Positions 23,521-31,776 of a stretch of DNA of 36,839 bases are shown piece after piece. The stretch is from NCBI GenBank assembly GCA_023415845.1, contig JAEZJB010000140.1, forward strand, positions 1 through 36,839, in the 5' to 3' direction. Both the position numbers and the translations under genes were made by a program. The DNA is from Chloroflexota bacterium (lineage in GTDB: Bacteria; Chloroflexota; Chloroflexia; Thermomicrobiales; UBA6265). Position 1 is the stretch's first letter. Every line of letters starts with the position of its first letter. The notes below the pieces were generated by a model. The model was not told the origin of the DNA. It saw only the letters and a program-made list of their open reading frames with translations, and did not search any database.

Positions 23521-26280
23521 ATGCTGGTTGGGCGAGAGCGGGAACTGGCGGCGATGCGATCTGCGCTGGCCGGGATCGGTCCATCCCGGGGAGTGGCACT
23601 GTTCGTCAGCGGTGAAGCCGGAATCGGCAAGAGTTCGCTCCTGCAGGCCGTGCGCGACGAGGCGACCCAAGCCGGTGCAGTGGTCGCCCTGACCGCTGGC
23701 ATCGAGGGCGGCTGGGCTCCCCCTTTTGCCGCCTGGCGTGGCCTGCTGCAACCTCTTGGCATCGACGCGGCGGTCCTTGATGGCCGCGACGGTGAGAGCG
23801 TGGAGCAGCAACGCTTCCGCCTCGTTCAGGAGATCATCGCCGCCATTCGTGGCGTCGCGATCCGGCGACCGGTCGTGCTGGTGATCGACGATCTGCAATG
23901 GGTCGATCTCCCCTCCCGGGACATCCTGGTGCCGGTCTGGCAGGGCATCGGTTCGGCCCGGGTCATGCTGGCCGGAGCCTGGCGGACCCCGCTCGCCGAG
24001 CACGATCCCACGGTTGCCGACCTCGTCGCGGCGCTCTATCGCCAGCCGGGCATCCAGTGGCTCGAACCGGCCGGTCTGGCGGAGGGTGATCTCGAAACCA
24101 TCTTCCGAAGCCACGGATGGGAACCCGACGGTGCAACCACCCGCTCCCTGGCTGAGCGAACCCGTGGAAATCCCTTCTTCGCCACCGAACTGGCCCGCCT
24201 CGGCCCCGCCGTCGACGAGATTCCGACCTCGGTCCGCCACGTCATCCGGCAGCGGTTCGAAACCATGCCCGAACCGACCCGCCAGATACTGCGGCTGGCG
24301 GCGATCATGCCCGACACAGTCTCATTTGCATTGCTGGGTGCGCTGACCGGGTTACCGGATGAATCGCTGCTCGATGCGCTCGACCCGGCCCTGGCCAGCG
24401 ACCTGATCCACGAAGTTCCAGGTCGGCCCGAGGTCTACGCGTTCCGCCACGGCCTGGTCAGGGAAGTGATCGCCGCCGAATGGCAACCGGGTCGCCGGGT
24501 CCGCGCCCAGCGTCAGGCGGCGGAAGTGCTGGCCGCCCAGGATGGACGCGCCGGCGACATCGCGCGCCACTACGCGGCGTCCCGCTCGCTTCCCGGTGCC
24601 GAAGCCGGCATTCCGTTTGCCCTGGCTGCCGCCGAGGAGGCCCTGGCAGGGTACGATTTCGCCCTCGCGGCGGAGATGTTCACGATTGCCGCCGATCTGG
24701 CCAGCGCCCAGGGAGCGGCCCGGCGTGGCGAGATCGAAGTGCAGCGGGCTCTGGCCCTGCTGAATGCCTTGCAGATCAACCAGGGTGAACTGGCAGCCGA
24801 GCGCGCGGTGAATCTGCTGCAGCAGGGTGGGGTGTCGTCACTGGTCATGGCGGAGCACTGCTGGCGGCTCGCGCATACCCTCAATGCCGTCGATGCCAGT
24901 CCTGCCCTGCGCAACGAGATACGCGACGTGGGGTTGGGTGTGCTGGGTGACCGGCGCGATCTCGCCTGGGCCCGCCTGCGCCTGCTGGGCGACGCGATTA
25001 CGGCAGTCCCGAATCCCACCCTCCATGTCGCAATCTGGCATGGCTACGATCCCGCTGCCCGGTCGATCGTCTTGCAGCGTGGCAGCGAGGAAGACCAGGC
25101 CCAGGCCTTCGAGTCGTTCGATGTCCGCACGCCCGCCGAGACCCGCGACCTGATTGCCAGGGCAAGGAATTGGCGGCATGCGAGAGCGACACTCCGTGGA
25201 TTGACCGTGGCGGCCAATGATCTCACCTACCGTCAGGGAGAGTTTCGGTCCGCGATTGGTATCTGGCGGGAGATCCTTGATCTGGCACGTCGAGTCGGTG
25301 CGGTAGGCTGGCAGGGCAACGCCCTCAATCAGATCACGCTGCTCCAGATCGCGCTCGGGGATTTTGCTTCTGCGACACAAACCAAGCACCTGGCTGATCA
25401 GGTCAATGACCAGCTTGGAGCGGCCGCCGACGCTGACGCACTGCAAATGGAGCGTGACTTTGCCCTCACCTGTTACCTCGATGGTGACTGGCCAGGGCTC
25501 GCAACGTTCTGGCTCGAATTTACCGCCGATCCGCCACTGGGTCTCGAAGCACAACTGGCCACGCCGCTCTATGCGGCCATGGCGGCCGTTGCCGCCGTCA
25601 GAGCCAGTACTGGCCTGAGCCGAGTGCAGGAGTTGCTCGATGCCGTCGCCCGCCTGGCGACCGGCGACGGCGTCTTGCTAAAGAATGGCATGGTCGGCTG
25701 GGCCGGCGAGGCGGTCTTCCTGTTCGGAGATCAGGCGCGGGCCGCCACGTTTGAAGGGTTGGCCCGGCAGCTGATGGAACAGGGGGTAGGCGACTATCCG
25801 CAGACCAGTCTCGCGCTCACTCGCGCCCGGATGATGGCTCTGCAGGGCAAGGCGGAAACCCGGGCCTGGTACGACCGGGCGATCTCGTCGCTGGATGAGT
25901 CCGGACAACAACCGCTGCAGGGGATTGCGTTTCTCGAGCGAGCCTTGCTGCCGGGCACCGCGGCGTCGATCCGGGCGCGTGACCGGGAGCACGCGACAGA
26001 AATCTTCACGACGCTCGGGATGACCACCTGGCAGGAGCGGGCGAGCGCGGCCGGGATGCAGTCGACGAAGCCGGACCTTGGTGGGTTGTCGAAGCGCGAG
26101 ATCGAAGTCCTGAATCTTGTCGCTCGGGGCTACTCCGACAAGCGGGTCGCCGATACGCTCTTCATCAGCCAGCGCACGGTGAACGCCCACATGCGGAACA
26201 TGCTGACGAAGACCGATTCAGCCAATCGCACGGAGCTTGCGGCCTGGGCTCAGCGCGCCGGTATACTGGAAATGCAGTGA
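23521..26280 (+). CDS. Large ATP-binding LuxR-family regulator (LAL/MalT-like: AAA/STAND ATPase, helical-repeat region, LuxR HTH)
   Basis: The N-terminus is LVGRERELAAMRSAL...FVSGEAGIGKSSLL (Walker A), with VLVIDDLQW (Walker B-like). A long Ala/Leu-rich helical region follows. The C-terminus is LSKREIEVLNLVARGYSDKRVADTLFISQRTVNAHMRNMLTK. Confidence 0.9.
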   Translation: MLVGRERELAAMRSALAGIGPSRGVALFVSGEAGIGKSSLLQAVRDEATQAGAVVALTAGIEGGWAPPFAAWRGLLQPLGIDAAVLDGRDGESVEQQRFRLVQEIIAAIRGVAIRRPVVLVIDDLQWVDLPSRDILVPVWQGIGSARVMLAGAWRTPLAEHDPTVADLVAALYRQPGIQWLEPAGLAEGDLETIFRSHGWEPDGATTRSLAERTRGNPFFATELARLGPAVDEIPTSVRHVIRQRFETMPEPTRQILRLAAIMPDTVSFALLGALTGLPDESLLDALDPALASDLIHEVPGRPEVYAFRHGLVREVIAAEWQPGRRVRAQRQAAEVLAAQDGRAGDIARHYAASRSLPGAEAGIPFALAAAEEALAGYDFALAAEMFTIAADLASAQGAARRGEIEVQRALALLNALQINQGELAAERAVNLLQQGGVSSLVMAEHCWRLAHTLNAVDASPALRNEIRDVGLGVLGDRRDLAWARLRLLGDAITAVPNPTLHVAIWHGYDPAARSIVLQRGSEEDQAQAFESFDVRTPAETRDLIARARNWRHARATLRGLTVAANDLTYRQGEFRSAIGIWREILDLARRVGAVGWQGNALNQITLLQIALGDFASATQTKHLADQVNDQLGAAADADALQMERDFALTCYLDGDWPGLATFWLEFTADPPLGLEAQLATPLYAAMAAVAAVRASTGLSRVQELLDAVARLATGDGVLLKNGMVGWAGEAVFLFGDQARAATFEGLARQLMEQGVGDYPQTSLALTRARMMALQGKAETRAWYDRAISSLDESGQQPLQGIAFLERALLPGTAASIRARDREHATEIFTTLGMTTWQERASAAGMQSTKPDLGGLSKREIEVLNLVARGYSDKRVADTLFISQRTVNAHMRNMLTKTDSANRTELAAWAQRAGILEMQ

Positions 26281-26333
26281 ATCGCGGGTCCATCAGCAAA
26301 AGTTGTTCTCCATTCATCCGGGAGAGGTGCAGC

Positions 26334-26879
26334 ATGGCGGGGCAGATCGATCGACGTACGGCGTTGGCGGCGGCAGGTATTGGCGCACTCGGAGTCACCG
26401 GCCTGCTGGCGCGAGGTGTCTCAGCGGCTCACAGCAGTGGTGCCGGGATTGTCGCGGGCGGATCACTGGCGGGGGCGGCTGGTGATATCCAGTTCTCAGC
26501 CTTCGGATCTCGAATTGAATACAGCGACGGGCACGAAACGTCCCAGATTGGAACCCTGGCCTGGTTCGATCCCGCTGGCCTCGATGGCGGACCAGTCACC
26601 CTGACGCTCGTTCAGGTTGCCAGCTATGGCCCGGGCGACACCGATGACACCCGCGTGCTGGCGGGAACGGTGGCGGTCAACGGTGTCGGCGAGGTGCCTT
26701 TCTCCCTGGTGATGGTCGATGCTGGCCCCATTGGCGAAGCAGTCGACAGCGTGCACCTGACGGTCGGACCGGGCGCCGCTGGCGATGGCATGATGGCGAC
26801 CCCATCAATGGAGTTCACCTACGAGGCGTCCGGCGAACTCACCGCCGGCGATATCCAGATTTTCAGTCAGGTATTCTGA
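26334..26879 (+). CDS. Tat-signal secreted protein of unknown function (181 aa)
   Basis: The ATG at 26334 is preceded by GGGAGAGG. The N-terminus is MAGQIDRRTALAAAGIGALGVTGLLARGVSAAH, with a twin-arginine motif, an h-region and an AxA-like site. The remainder is beta-rich and I recognise no family. Confidence 0.65.
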   Translation: MAGQIDRRTALAAAGIGALGVTGLLARGVSAAHSSGAGIVAGGSLAGAAGDIQFSAFGSRIEYSDGHETSQIGTLAWFDPAGLDGGPVTLTLVQVASYGPGDTDDTRVLAGTVAVNGVGEVPFSLVMVDAGPIGEAVDSVHLTVGPGAAGDGMMATPSMEFTYEASGELTAGDIQIFSQVF

Positions 26880-26964
26880 GCGAGCCTGTCATCGCCACTC
26901 GTCTCCAGCCCACCGTGACCCGCAAATTCCCCAGATCGTCGACCGAATTGATGCCGCCCGATAG

Positions 26965-26993
26965 TTGCGTACGTACAGCCCTTTCGCTATAGT
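26965..26993 (+). promoter_or_regulatory. Near-consensus sigma-70-type promoter for the LPXTG surface-protein gene
   Basis: TTGCGT (26965-26970), a 17-nt spacer, then TATAGT (26988-26993). It lies about 54 nt upstream of the GTG start at 27047. Confidence 0.65.
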
Positions 26994-27046
26994 CGTAGCA
27001 GAGGATTCCGCATGTCGGAAATCGAATCTGCGCGAGAGGACGGTGC

Positions 27047-28837
27047 GTGGGAAATCGCTGCCAGCCGCTGGGCTGGATTGTTCGTCTTGGTCTGTTGCTG
27101 GGCGTCGCCTGTGCCCTGGTCGTGCCGTCGGGAATACCGTCTGCCGACGCCCAGGGAGCGCCAACGCTATTGGTCAATGGGAGTGAGGGGCCGCTCACTG
27201 TCCCGCTTGGCGCCGATCTGAACGTTTCCCTGACGGGACTGGTGCCAGATTCTTCGCTGACGGTCGCCTGGTACGTCGGCGCCGATTGCGGTCTCGGCTT
27301 TAGCGGGGTCGAGAATGGCAGCGCCTCCGACACAGGCACCTACAGTGGAACCCTTGAGTCCCCCTCAGGTGCGCCTGCTACCTGGTTCGTGCGGGCGACC
27401 AATGGTCCCAACAATTCGAACTGCGTGCAGGTGAGCTGGATTTCGGCCCCGCAAAGTCCAACCCCGGATCCGACTGCCACCACCGCTCCGCCCCCGACGC
27501 CAACGCCAACCATTCCACCTTCTCCCACCCCCACGGTTACCCCCTCTCCGGAACCAAGTCCCACTCCCGATCCCGGCCCCCTGGTCCTGACCGTCAACGG
27601 TGGGGCGGGACCATTGATCGCCCGCGCCGGCGATACGGCCGTGCTGGAGATGACTGGTCTCGTCCCCTTACGTGATTTCCAGCTTCATCTCTCCCTGCAG
27701 CCAACCTGCACTGACGCCGTCACCGAAATTCCCTTCACTGGTAGTGCCAGCTCCTACCGGTACCAGGTGGTTGGGGTTTTCTCGGCAGGGAGCACCTACT
27801 CCTACCGGGTGGTGCAGGACGGCCGGACGAGCAACTGCGTCACCATCTCGATTCCAGCCGCCAGCACCGCAACGGCAACGTCGACCACCGTTCCGACTGC
27901 GACTGCGACTGCGACTGCGACTGCGACTGTGACGCCGTCGCCGGAGCCCACCGCTACAGCCTCGGCCACGTCGACCACAATTCCCACCAGTACGCCGTCC
28001 CCAACCGTCACTCCGGTTCCCACTGGCACCATGCCACCCACTGCCACGGCAACCAGTACCGCCACGACGACGCCTGCACCGACCGCGACCAGCACCTCCC
28101 TGCCAACTGCCACGGCGACGCTTGCTCCAACCGCGACCGCCACGCTGTCACCGACCGCCACCAGTCCCTCGGTACCGATTGAGATCACGTTGACAGCGGG
28201 TGGTTCCCTTGGCCCGGTGGTTGTTCCAGTCGGCACCAGTCTCAACTTGCATGGAACGGGCCTGGTCGCCAACGAACCATTCACCTACGCCGCGTACGCC
28301 GGCGGGGATTGCGGGCTCGACCTCAGGGCTGCCGACGACTTCACCGCCGACGCCATGGGTGAGTGGACCGGTGCAACCCTGGCCTCGGATGTTCCTGCCA
28401 CCTGGCGGATTCGCCTGAGTGATGGGGCCAACACCTCCAACTGCGTCGAAGTCACCTGGCAACCAGCGGAGCCAGATTCGAGCCCGACCCCGACCGCCAC
28501 CGCCACCAGCACCGTCGCCGCTACCCTGACAGTTCCCGCTACGGACCAGGCGACCATCACCCCCGACCCCACTGCGACCGAATGGCCGACGTCTACCAGC
28601 GAGCCAGGTCCAACCGATCCGTCCGTTTCGACCATGACGCCGACCGTGCCAGCGACCTCGGCCAGTGCAGCGCCGCTTCACACGATGGTTCCCACCTCTC
28701 CGGTCCTCAGCCTGCCGACCACTGGCGATGGCGGGAGTGGGGCATCTCCCGCAACGCTGGTCGCCCTCATCGGCATGAGTGCGGCACTGCTGGTGATCGG
28801 TGCCACCCAGGTCCGCCGTCGACCGCCGCACGCGTAG
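27047..28837 (+). CDS. Cell-surface protein: signal peptide, three related ~95-aa two-cysteine domains separated by Pro/Thr/Ala linkers, and a C-terminal LPXTG-type sorting signal
   Basis: The signal peptide is MGNRCQPLGWIVRLGLLLGVACALVVPSGIPSADA. Three homologous domains (approx. 27155-27445, 27576-27855, 28171-28465) each end in SNCV.(V/I). The linkers include TATATATATATV. LPTTG (28712-28726) is followed by a hydrophobic stretch and an RRRPPHA tail. Confidence 0.85.
   Translation: MGNRCQPLGWIVRLGLLLGVACALVVPSGIPSADAQGAPTLLVNGSEGPLTVPLGADLNVSLTGLVPDSSLTVAWYVGADCGLGFSGVENGSASDTGTYSGTLESPSGAPATWFVRATNGPNNSNCVQVSWISAPQSPTPDPTATTAPPPTPTPTIPPSPTPTVTPSPEPSPTPDPGPLVLTVNGGAGPLIARAGDTAVLEMTGLVPLRDFQLHLSLQPTCTDAVTEIPFTGSASSYRYQVVGVFSAGSTYSYRVVQDGRTSNCVTISIPAASTATATSTTVPTATATATATATVTPSPEPTATASATSTTIPTSTPSPTVTPVPTGTMPPTATATSTATTTPAPTATSTSLPTATATLAPTATATLSPTATSPSVPIEITLTAGGSLGPVVVPVGTSLNLHGTGLVANEPFTYAAYAGGDCGLDLRAADDFTADAMGEWTGATLASDVPATWRIRLSDGANTSNCVEVTWQPAEPDSSPTPTATATSTVAATLTVPATDQATITPDPTATEWPTSTSEPGPTDPSVSTMTPTVPATSASAAPLHTMVPTSPVLSLPTTGDGGSGASPATLVALIGMSAALLVIGATQVRRRPPHA
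27895..27930 (+). repeat. Hexanucleotide tandem repeat (GACTGC)5 plus one imperfect unit, in frame, encoding (Thr-Ala)n
   Basis: gactgc occurs five times consecutively at 27895-27924 and is followed by gactgt. The repeat lies inside the second linker of the surface protein. Confidence 0.9.
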
Positions 28838-28845
28838 GTGACACG

Positions 28846-28884
28846 TCTACGCCTCCCGCGCCTGGCCGGAACATGCCGGGCGCG
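28846..28884 (+). terminator. Hairpin plus CTTTC after the surface-protein gene
   Basis: CCCGCGCCTGGC (28846-28857) pairs with GCCGGGCGCGGG (28866-28877) in a 12-bp stem with one G-U pair and an 8-nt loop, followed by CGCTTTC. Confidence 0.55.
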
Positions 28885-29008
28885 GGCGCTTTCATGGGAT
28901 TGACGACGGGCGTAGGATAGGAGTGCTTCTCCAATTCCACATTGAGAGACAGCGGGTCCGCATCAAACTGGCACCGCGCCAATCGCCTTCTCCTCAGAGG
29001 AGGACTGC

Positions 29009-30487
29009 ATGCATCACCTGCGATTCGCTCGTCCGCTGGCTGTCGTGCTGTTTGTCGTGTCGCTCCTACCCGCGCTCGCTTCACCGACCGTCCTCGCCCA
29101 GGAAGTCGGCTCCACTCCGGTAGTGGTCGCTTCCGGACTCACGAACCCGCGAGGGATGACGTGGGGTGCCGATGGCACGCTCTTCGTTGCCCTGGCTGGC
29201 TCGGGCGGCGCCAACCAGGCTACCGAAACCGCCCCCACGTCGGACATCATTGGCCCCTGGCTGGGTGGCCCGACGGCGGCGGTCGCCAGCATCGGCCCCG
29301 ATGGATGTCCGGTCGCGCTGGCCACTGGTCTGCCGTCCTCAGCGGATGCCACCGGCGGCGTGCTTGGCGCCGATGACATCGCCATCCTCGGTGACCAGCT
29401 CTACGTCTCGGTCGATGGCGGTGGCCCGGTGCATGGAAATCCCGACATGCCAAGCGGGGTCTATCGCGTGCTTGCCGATGGCACCACGGAACTGGTCGCC
29501 GATCTCTCGGCCTGGGTCCGGGCCAATCCCGCGGCGTCCACGCCAGGCGACTACGATCCCGATGCCGCCGGGTATGGCATGGTCGCCGATGAAGCGGCTG
29601 GCCTGCTCTGGGTGGTCGATCCCAATGTCGGCCAGGTGTTGTCCGTCGGTCCAGACGGTGTGATTTCGCGAATTGCCGACCTTTCGTCCGAGCACATGGT
29701 GCCAACCAAGCCGGTCCTCGACCCCAATGGCGGCATCTACGTTGGCACGCTGACCACCGTTCCGTTCTCGGACGGTGCGGCAAAGGTCCAGCACGTGGCC
29801 GCCGATGGCACCGTGACCGATGTCTGGACCAACCTGACGACCGTGGTCGATGTGGCGCTGGATGCCGAAGGCAACCTCTACGCCCTCGAAATGTCGACCT
29901 CGAACCTCAACGAACCTCCGTTCCTGCAGCCCGGCACTGGCCGTGTGGTCATGCAGACCGGCCCTGATGCGATGGAAGTCGTCGCCGATGGTCTGATGTT
30001 CCCGATTGCACTCGATCTTGGACCCGACGGCGCGTTCTACCTCTCGATGCCCGCCATGGGGGCCAACGATGGAAGTGGTGTCATCGCGCGGCTCGGTGGC
30101 GATGAGGCGACCCCGGCCATGATGGGCGCCGCCTGTGCGCCGATCGCCGCAACGCTTTTCACCCCAGCCGCCACACCGGCAGCCGGGATGGCGACACCGA
30201 TCGCCACCCCGGTGGCCGAGTCGATGACCGCCGATACCTCGGCCATGACGGTGACGATCGAGAATTTCAGCTTCACGCCAGCCACGCTGGAAATTCCGGT
30301 AGGCACAACCGTGACGTTTACCAATCAGGACTCGGTTCCCCACACCGCGACCGCCGATGATGGCAGCTTCGATACCGGGAACCTCGATAGTGGTGCCAGC
30401 GCGGAGGTCACCTTCGACACTCCCGGCACCTATACCTATGTGTGTTCCTACCATCCCAACATGACAGGCACCATCGTGGTGACCTGA
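29009..30487 (+). CDS. Secreted ScyD/ScyE-like beta-propeller protein fused to a C-terminal type-1 copper (cupredoxin, amicyanin-like) domain
   Basis: GAGGAGG Shine-Dalgarno is present and the signal peptide is MHHLRFARPLAVVLFVVSLLPALASPTVLAQ. The N-terminal region GLTNPRGMTWGADGTLFVALAGSGG resembles the ScyD/ScyE/NHL-type propeller. The last ~80 aa are TIENFSFTPATLEIPVGTTVTFTNQDSVPHT...YTYVCSYHPNMTGTIVV, with the His/Cys/His/Met copper-ligand pattern. Confidence 0.8.
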   Translation: MHHLRFARPLAVVLFVVSLLPALASPTVLAQEVGSTPVVVASGLTNPRGMTWGADGTLFVALAGSGGANQATETAPTSDIIGPWLGGPTAAVASIGPDGCPVALATGLPSSADATGGVLGADDIAILGDQLYVSVDGGGPVHGNPDMPSGVYRVLADGTTELVADLSAWVRANPAASTPGDYDPDAAGYGMVADEAAGLLWVVDPNVGQVLSVGPDGVISRIADLSSEHMVPTKPVLDPNGGIYVGTLTTVPFSDGAAKVQHVAADGTVTDVWTNLTTVVDVALDAEGNLYALEMSTSNLNEPPFLQPGTGRVVMQTGPDAMEVVADGLMFPIALDLGPDGAFYLSMPAMGANDGSGVIARLGGDEATPAMMGAACAPIAATLFTPAATPAAGMATPIATPVAESMTADTSAMTVTIENFSFTPATLEIPVGTTVTFTNQDSVPHTATADDGSFDTGNLDSGASAEVTFDTPGTYTYVCSYHPNMTGTIVVT

Positions 30488-30523
30488 TCCGCCTCGCCTC
30501 GCGTCGATCTCCGCGCGCAATCG

Positions 30524-30559
30524 CCAGACACCGCCCCTGGAAGCAGGGGCGGTGTCTGG
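30524..30559. terminator. Perfect 16-bp hairpin between convergent genes (bidirectional terminator)
   Basis: CCAGACACCGCCCCTG (30524-30539) pairs with CAGGGGCGGTGTCTGG (30544-30559) across a GAAG loop. It lies between the stops at 30487 (+) and 30601 (-). Confidence 0.8.
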
Positions 30560-30600
30560 TGCGAGGTGACCGCTGTTGTCAGTCGGCCTGGAGGGGGGCG

Positions 30601-31758
30601 CTACCGGTTGATCCGATGCTCCGCGATGTAATCGTCGATGATCTCGTACCCCAGGCCGGGCCGGTTGGAGAGGTGGACGTACCCTTGATCGTCCAGCGGG
30701 TCGAGCACTGACTCCAGGTAGTCGAGTTTGCGCTCGTAATCCACACCCGGGGCCAACAGGCCGTGTTCGTAGTATTCGCAGGTATCCTCGCTGGCCGAGC
30801 CGAGCACATTCAGGTTGCCAATCCCGCTCATGTGCACTTCGCAACGGCACCCGTAGGCCTCGCAGACATGGATCGTCTTCTTCACCGCCGTGATCCCGCC
30901 GCGCAACACGTCGATCCGGCTCATGTCGGCCGCGCCCCGCTTCACCCAGTCGGCCCGGGTGAAGACGTGACCGTAGAGGATTTCCGGCGAGAGAATCGGG
31001 ATTTCCAGCGCGGCGCTCAACTTCTCGTAGGCGGTCACTCGCTCCTCGGGCATCGGGTGCTCGTACCAGAAGTAGTTGCGCGCTTCCAGTTCCTTGCCCA
31101 CCTTCAGGGCATCCTCGTAGGTGTGGTAGGTGCCCCATGGGTCGTACATCAGCACCATGTCGTCACCAACCGCATCGGCCACGGCGTGAATCACCTCGAT
31201 GTCGTAGGCGATGTGCGATGGCCGCCCCGGCACTGCCTGCTCCGTTTCCGGGTTCCAGAAGTAATACGGGTGAATTTTGTAGGCCTGGTAACCCCGGTCG
31301 CGGCAGGCGATGGCGTGCTCGGCGTAGTTCTGCACCGAACCCATGTTGGGGTACGTGCTGGCATATGCCTTGACCTTCGTGCGATACCCGCCGAGCAGCT
31401 TGTGGACCGGCAGGTTGGCGTAGGTTCCCGCCAGGTCCCACAACGCCATGTCGATGACGCCCATGATGTTCTCGGGAATCTTCGCCACCCACATCCAGTG
31501 CCAGAACAGTTCGCGATCGAATGGGTCCTGCCCGACCAGCATCGGCTTGATCCGCCCTTCGATGATGGCCTGGTTCACGACATCGAGGCCGTCCTGGTCG
31601 CCATGTCCCTGGCCCCCGAGATAGCGCCCGGTGACGCCCTCGTCCGTCTCGATCGTCGTCAGCGTCTGGATGATCTCGGTGTTCGGTTTCGGCCCGCCAT
31701 TCTGGTAACGATCCACCCAGGTCCGAAACGGGGTGACGGTGATGTCGGTAATCTTCAC
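30601..31758 (-). CDS. Enolase-superfamily enzyme (mandelate racemase family; probable acid-sugar dehydratase), paralog 3
   Basis: MKITDITVTP...ETDEGVTGRYLG is the capping domain. The barrel motifs are LMYDPW, WYEHP and SPE. It starts 18 nt after the DapA-family gene, in an operon. Confidence 0.85.
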   Translation of the reverse strand: MKITDITVTPFRTWVDRYQNGGPKPNTEIIQTLTTIETDEGVTGRYLGGQGHGDQDGLDVVNQAIIEGRIKPMLVGQDPFDRELFWHWMWVAKIPENIMGVIDMALWDLAGTYANLPVHKLLGGYRTKVKAYASTYPNMGSVQNYAEHAIACRDRGYQAYKIHPYYFWNPETEQAVPGRPSHIAYDIEVIHAVADAVGDDMVLMYDPWGTYHTYEDALKVGKELEARNYFWYEHPMPEERVTAYEKLSAALEIPILSPEILYGHVFTRADWVKRGAADMSRIDVLRGGITAVKKTIHVCEAYGCRCEVHMSGIGNLNVLGSASEDTCEYYEHGLLAPGVDYERKLDYLESVLDPLDDQGYVHLSNRPGLGYEIIDDYIAEHRINR

Positions 31759-31776
31759 GGCTGGTTCTCCCGGTCC

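Noticed and set aside
27440-28700. Repetitive Pro/Thr/Ala-coding DNA considered as a possible CRISPR array or non-coding satellite
   Set aside because: It is fully in frame within one long ORF that has a signal peptide and an LPXTG end. There is no repeat-spacer periodicity. Only the short hexanucleotide run is truly tandem.
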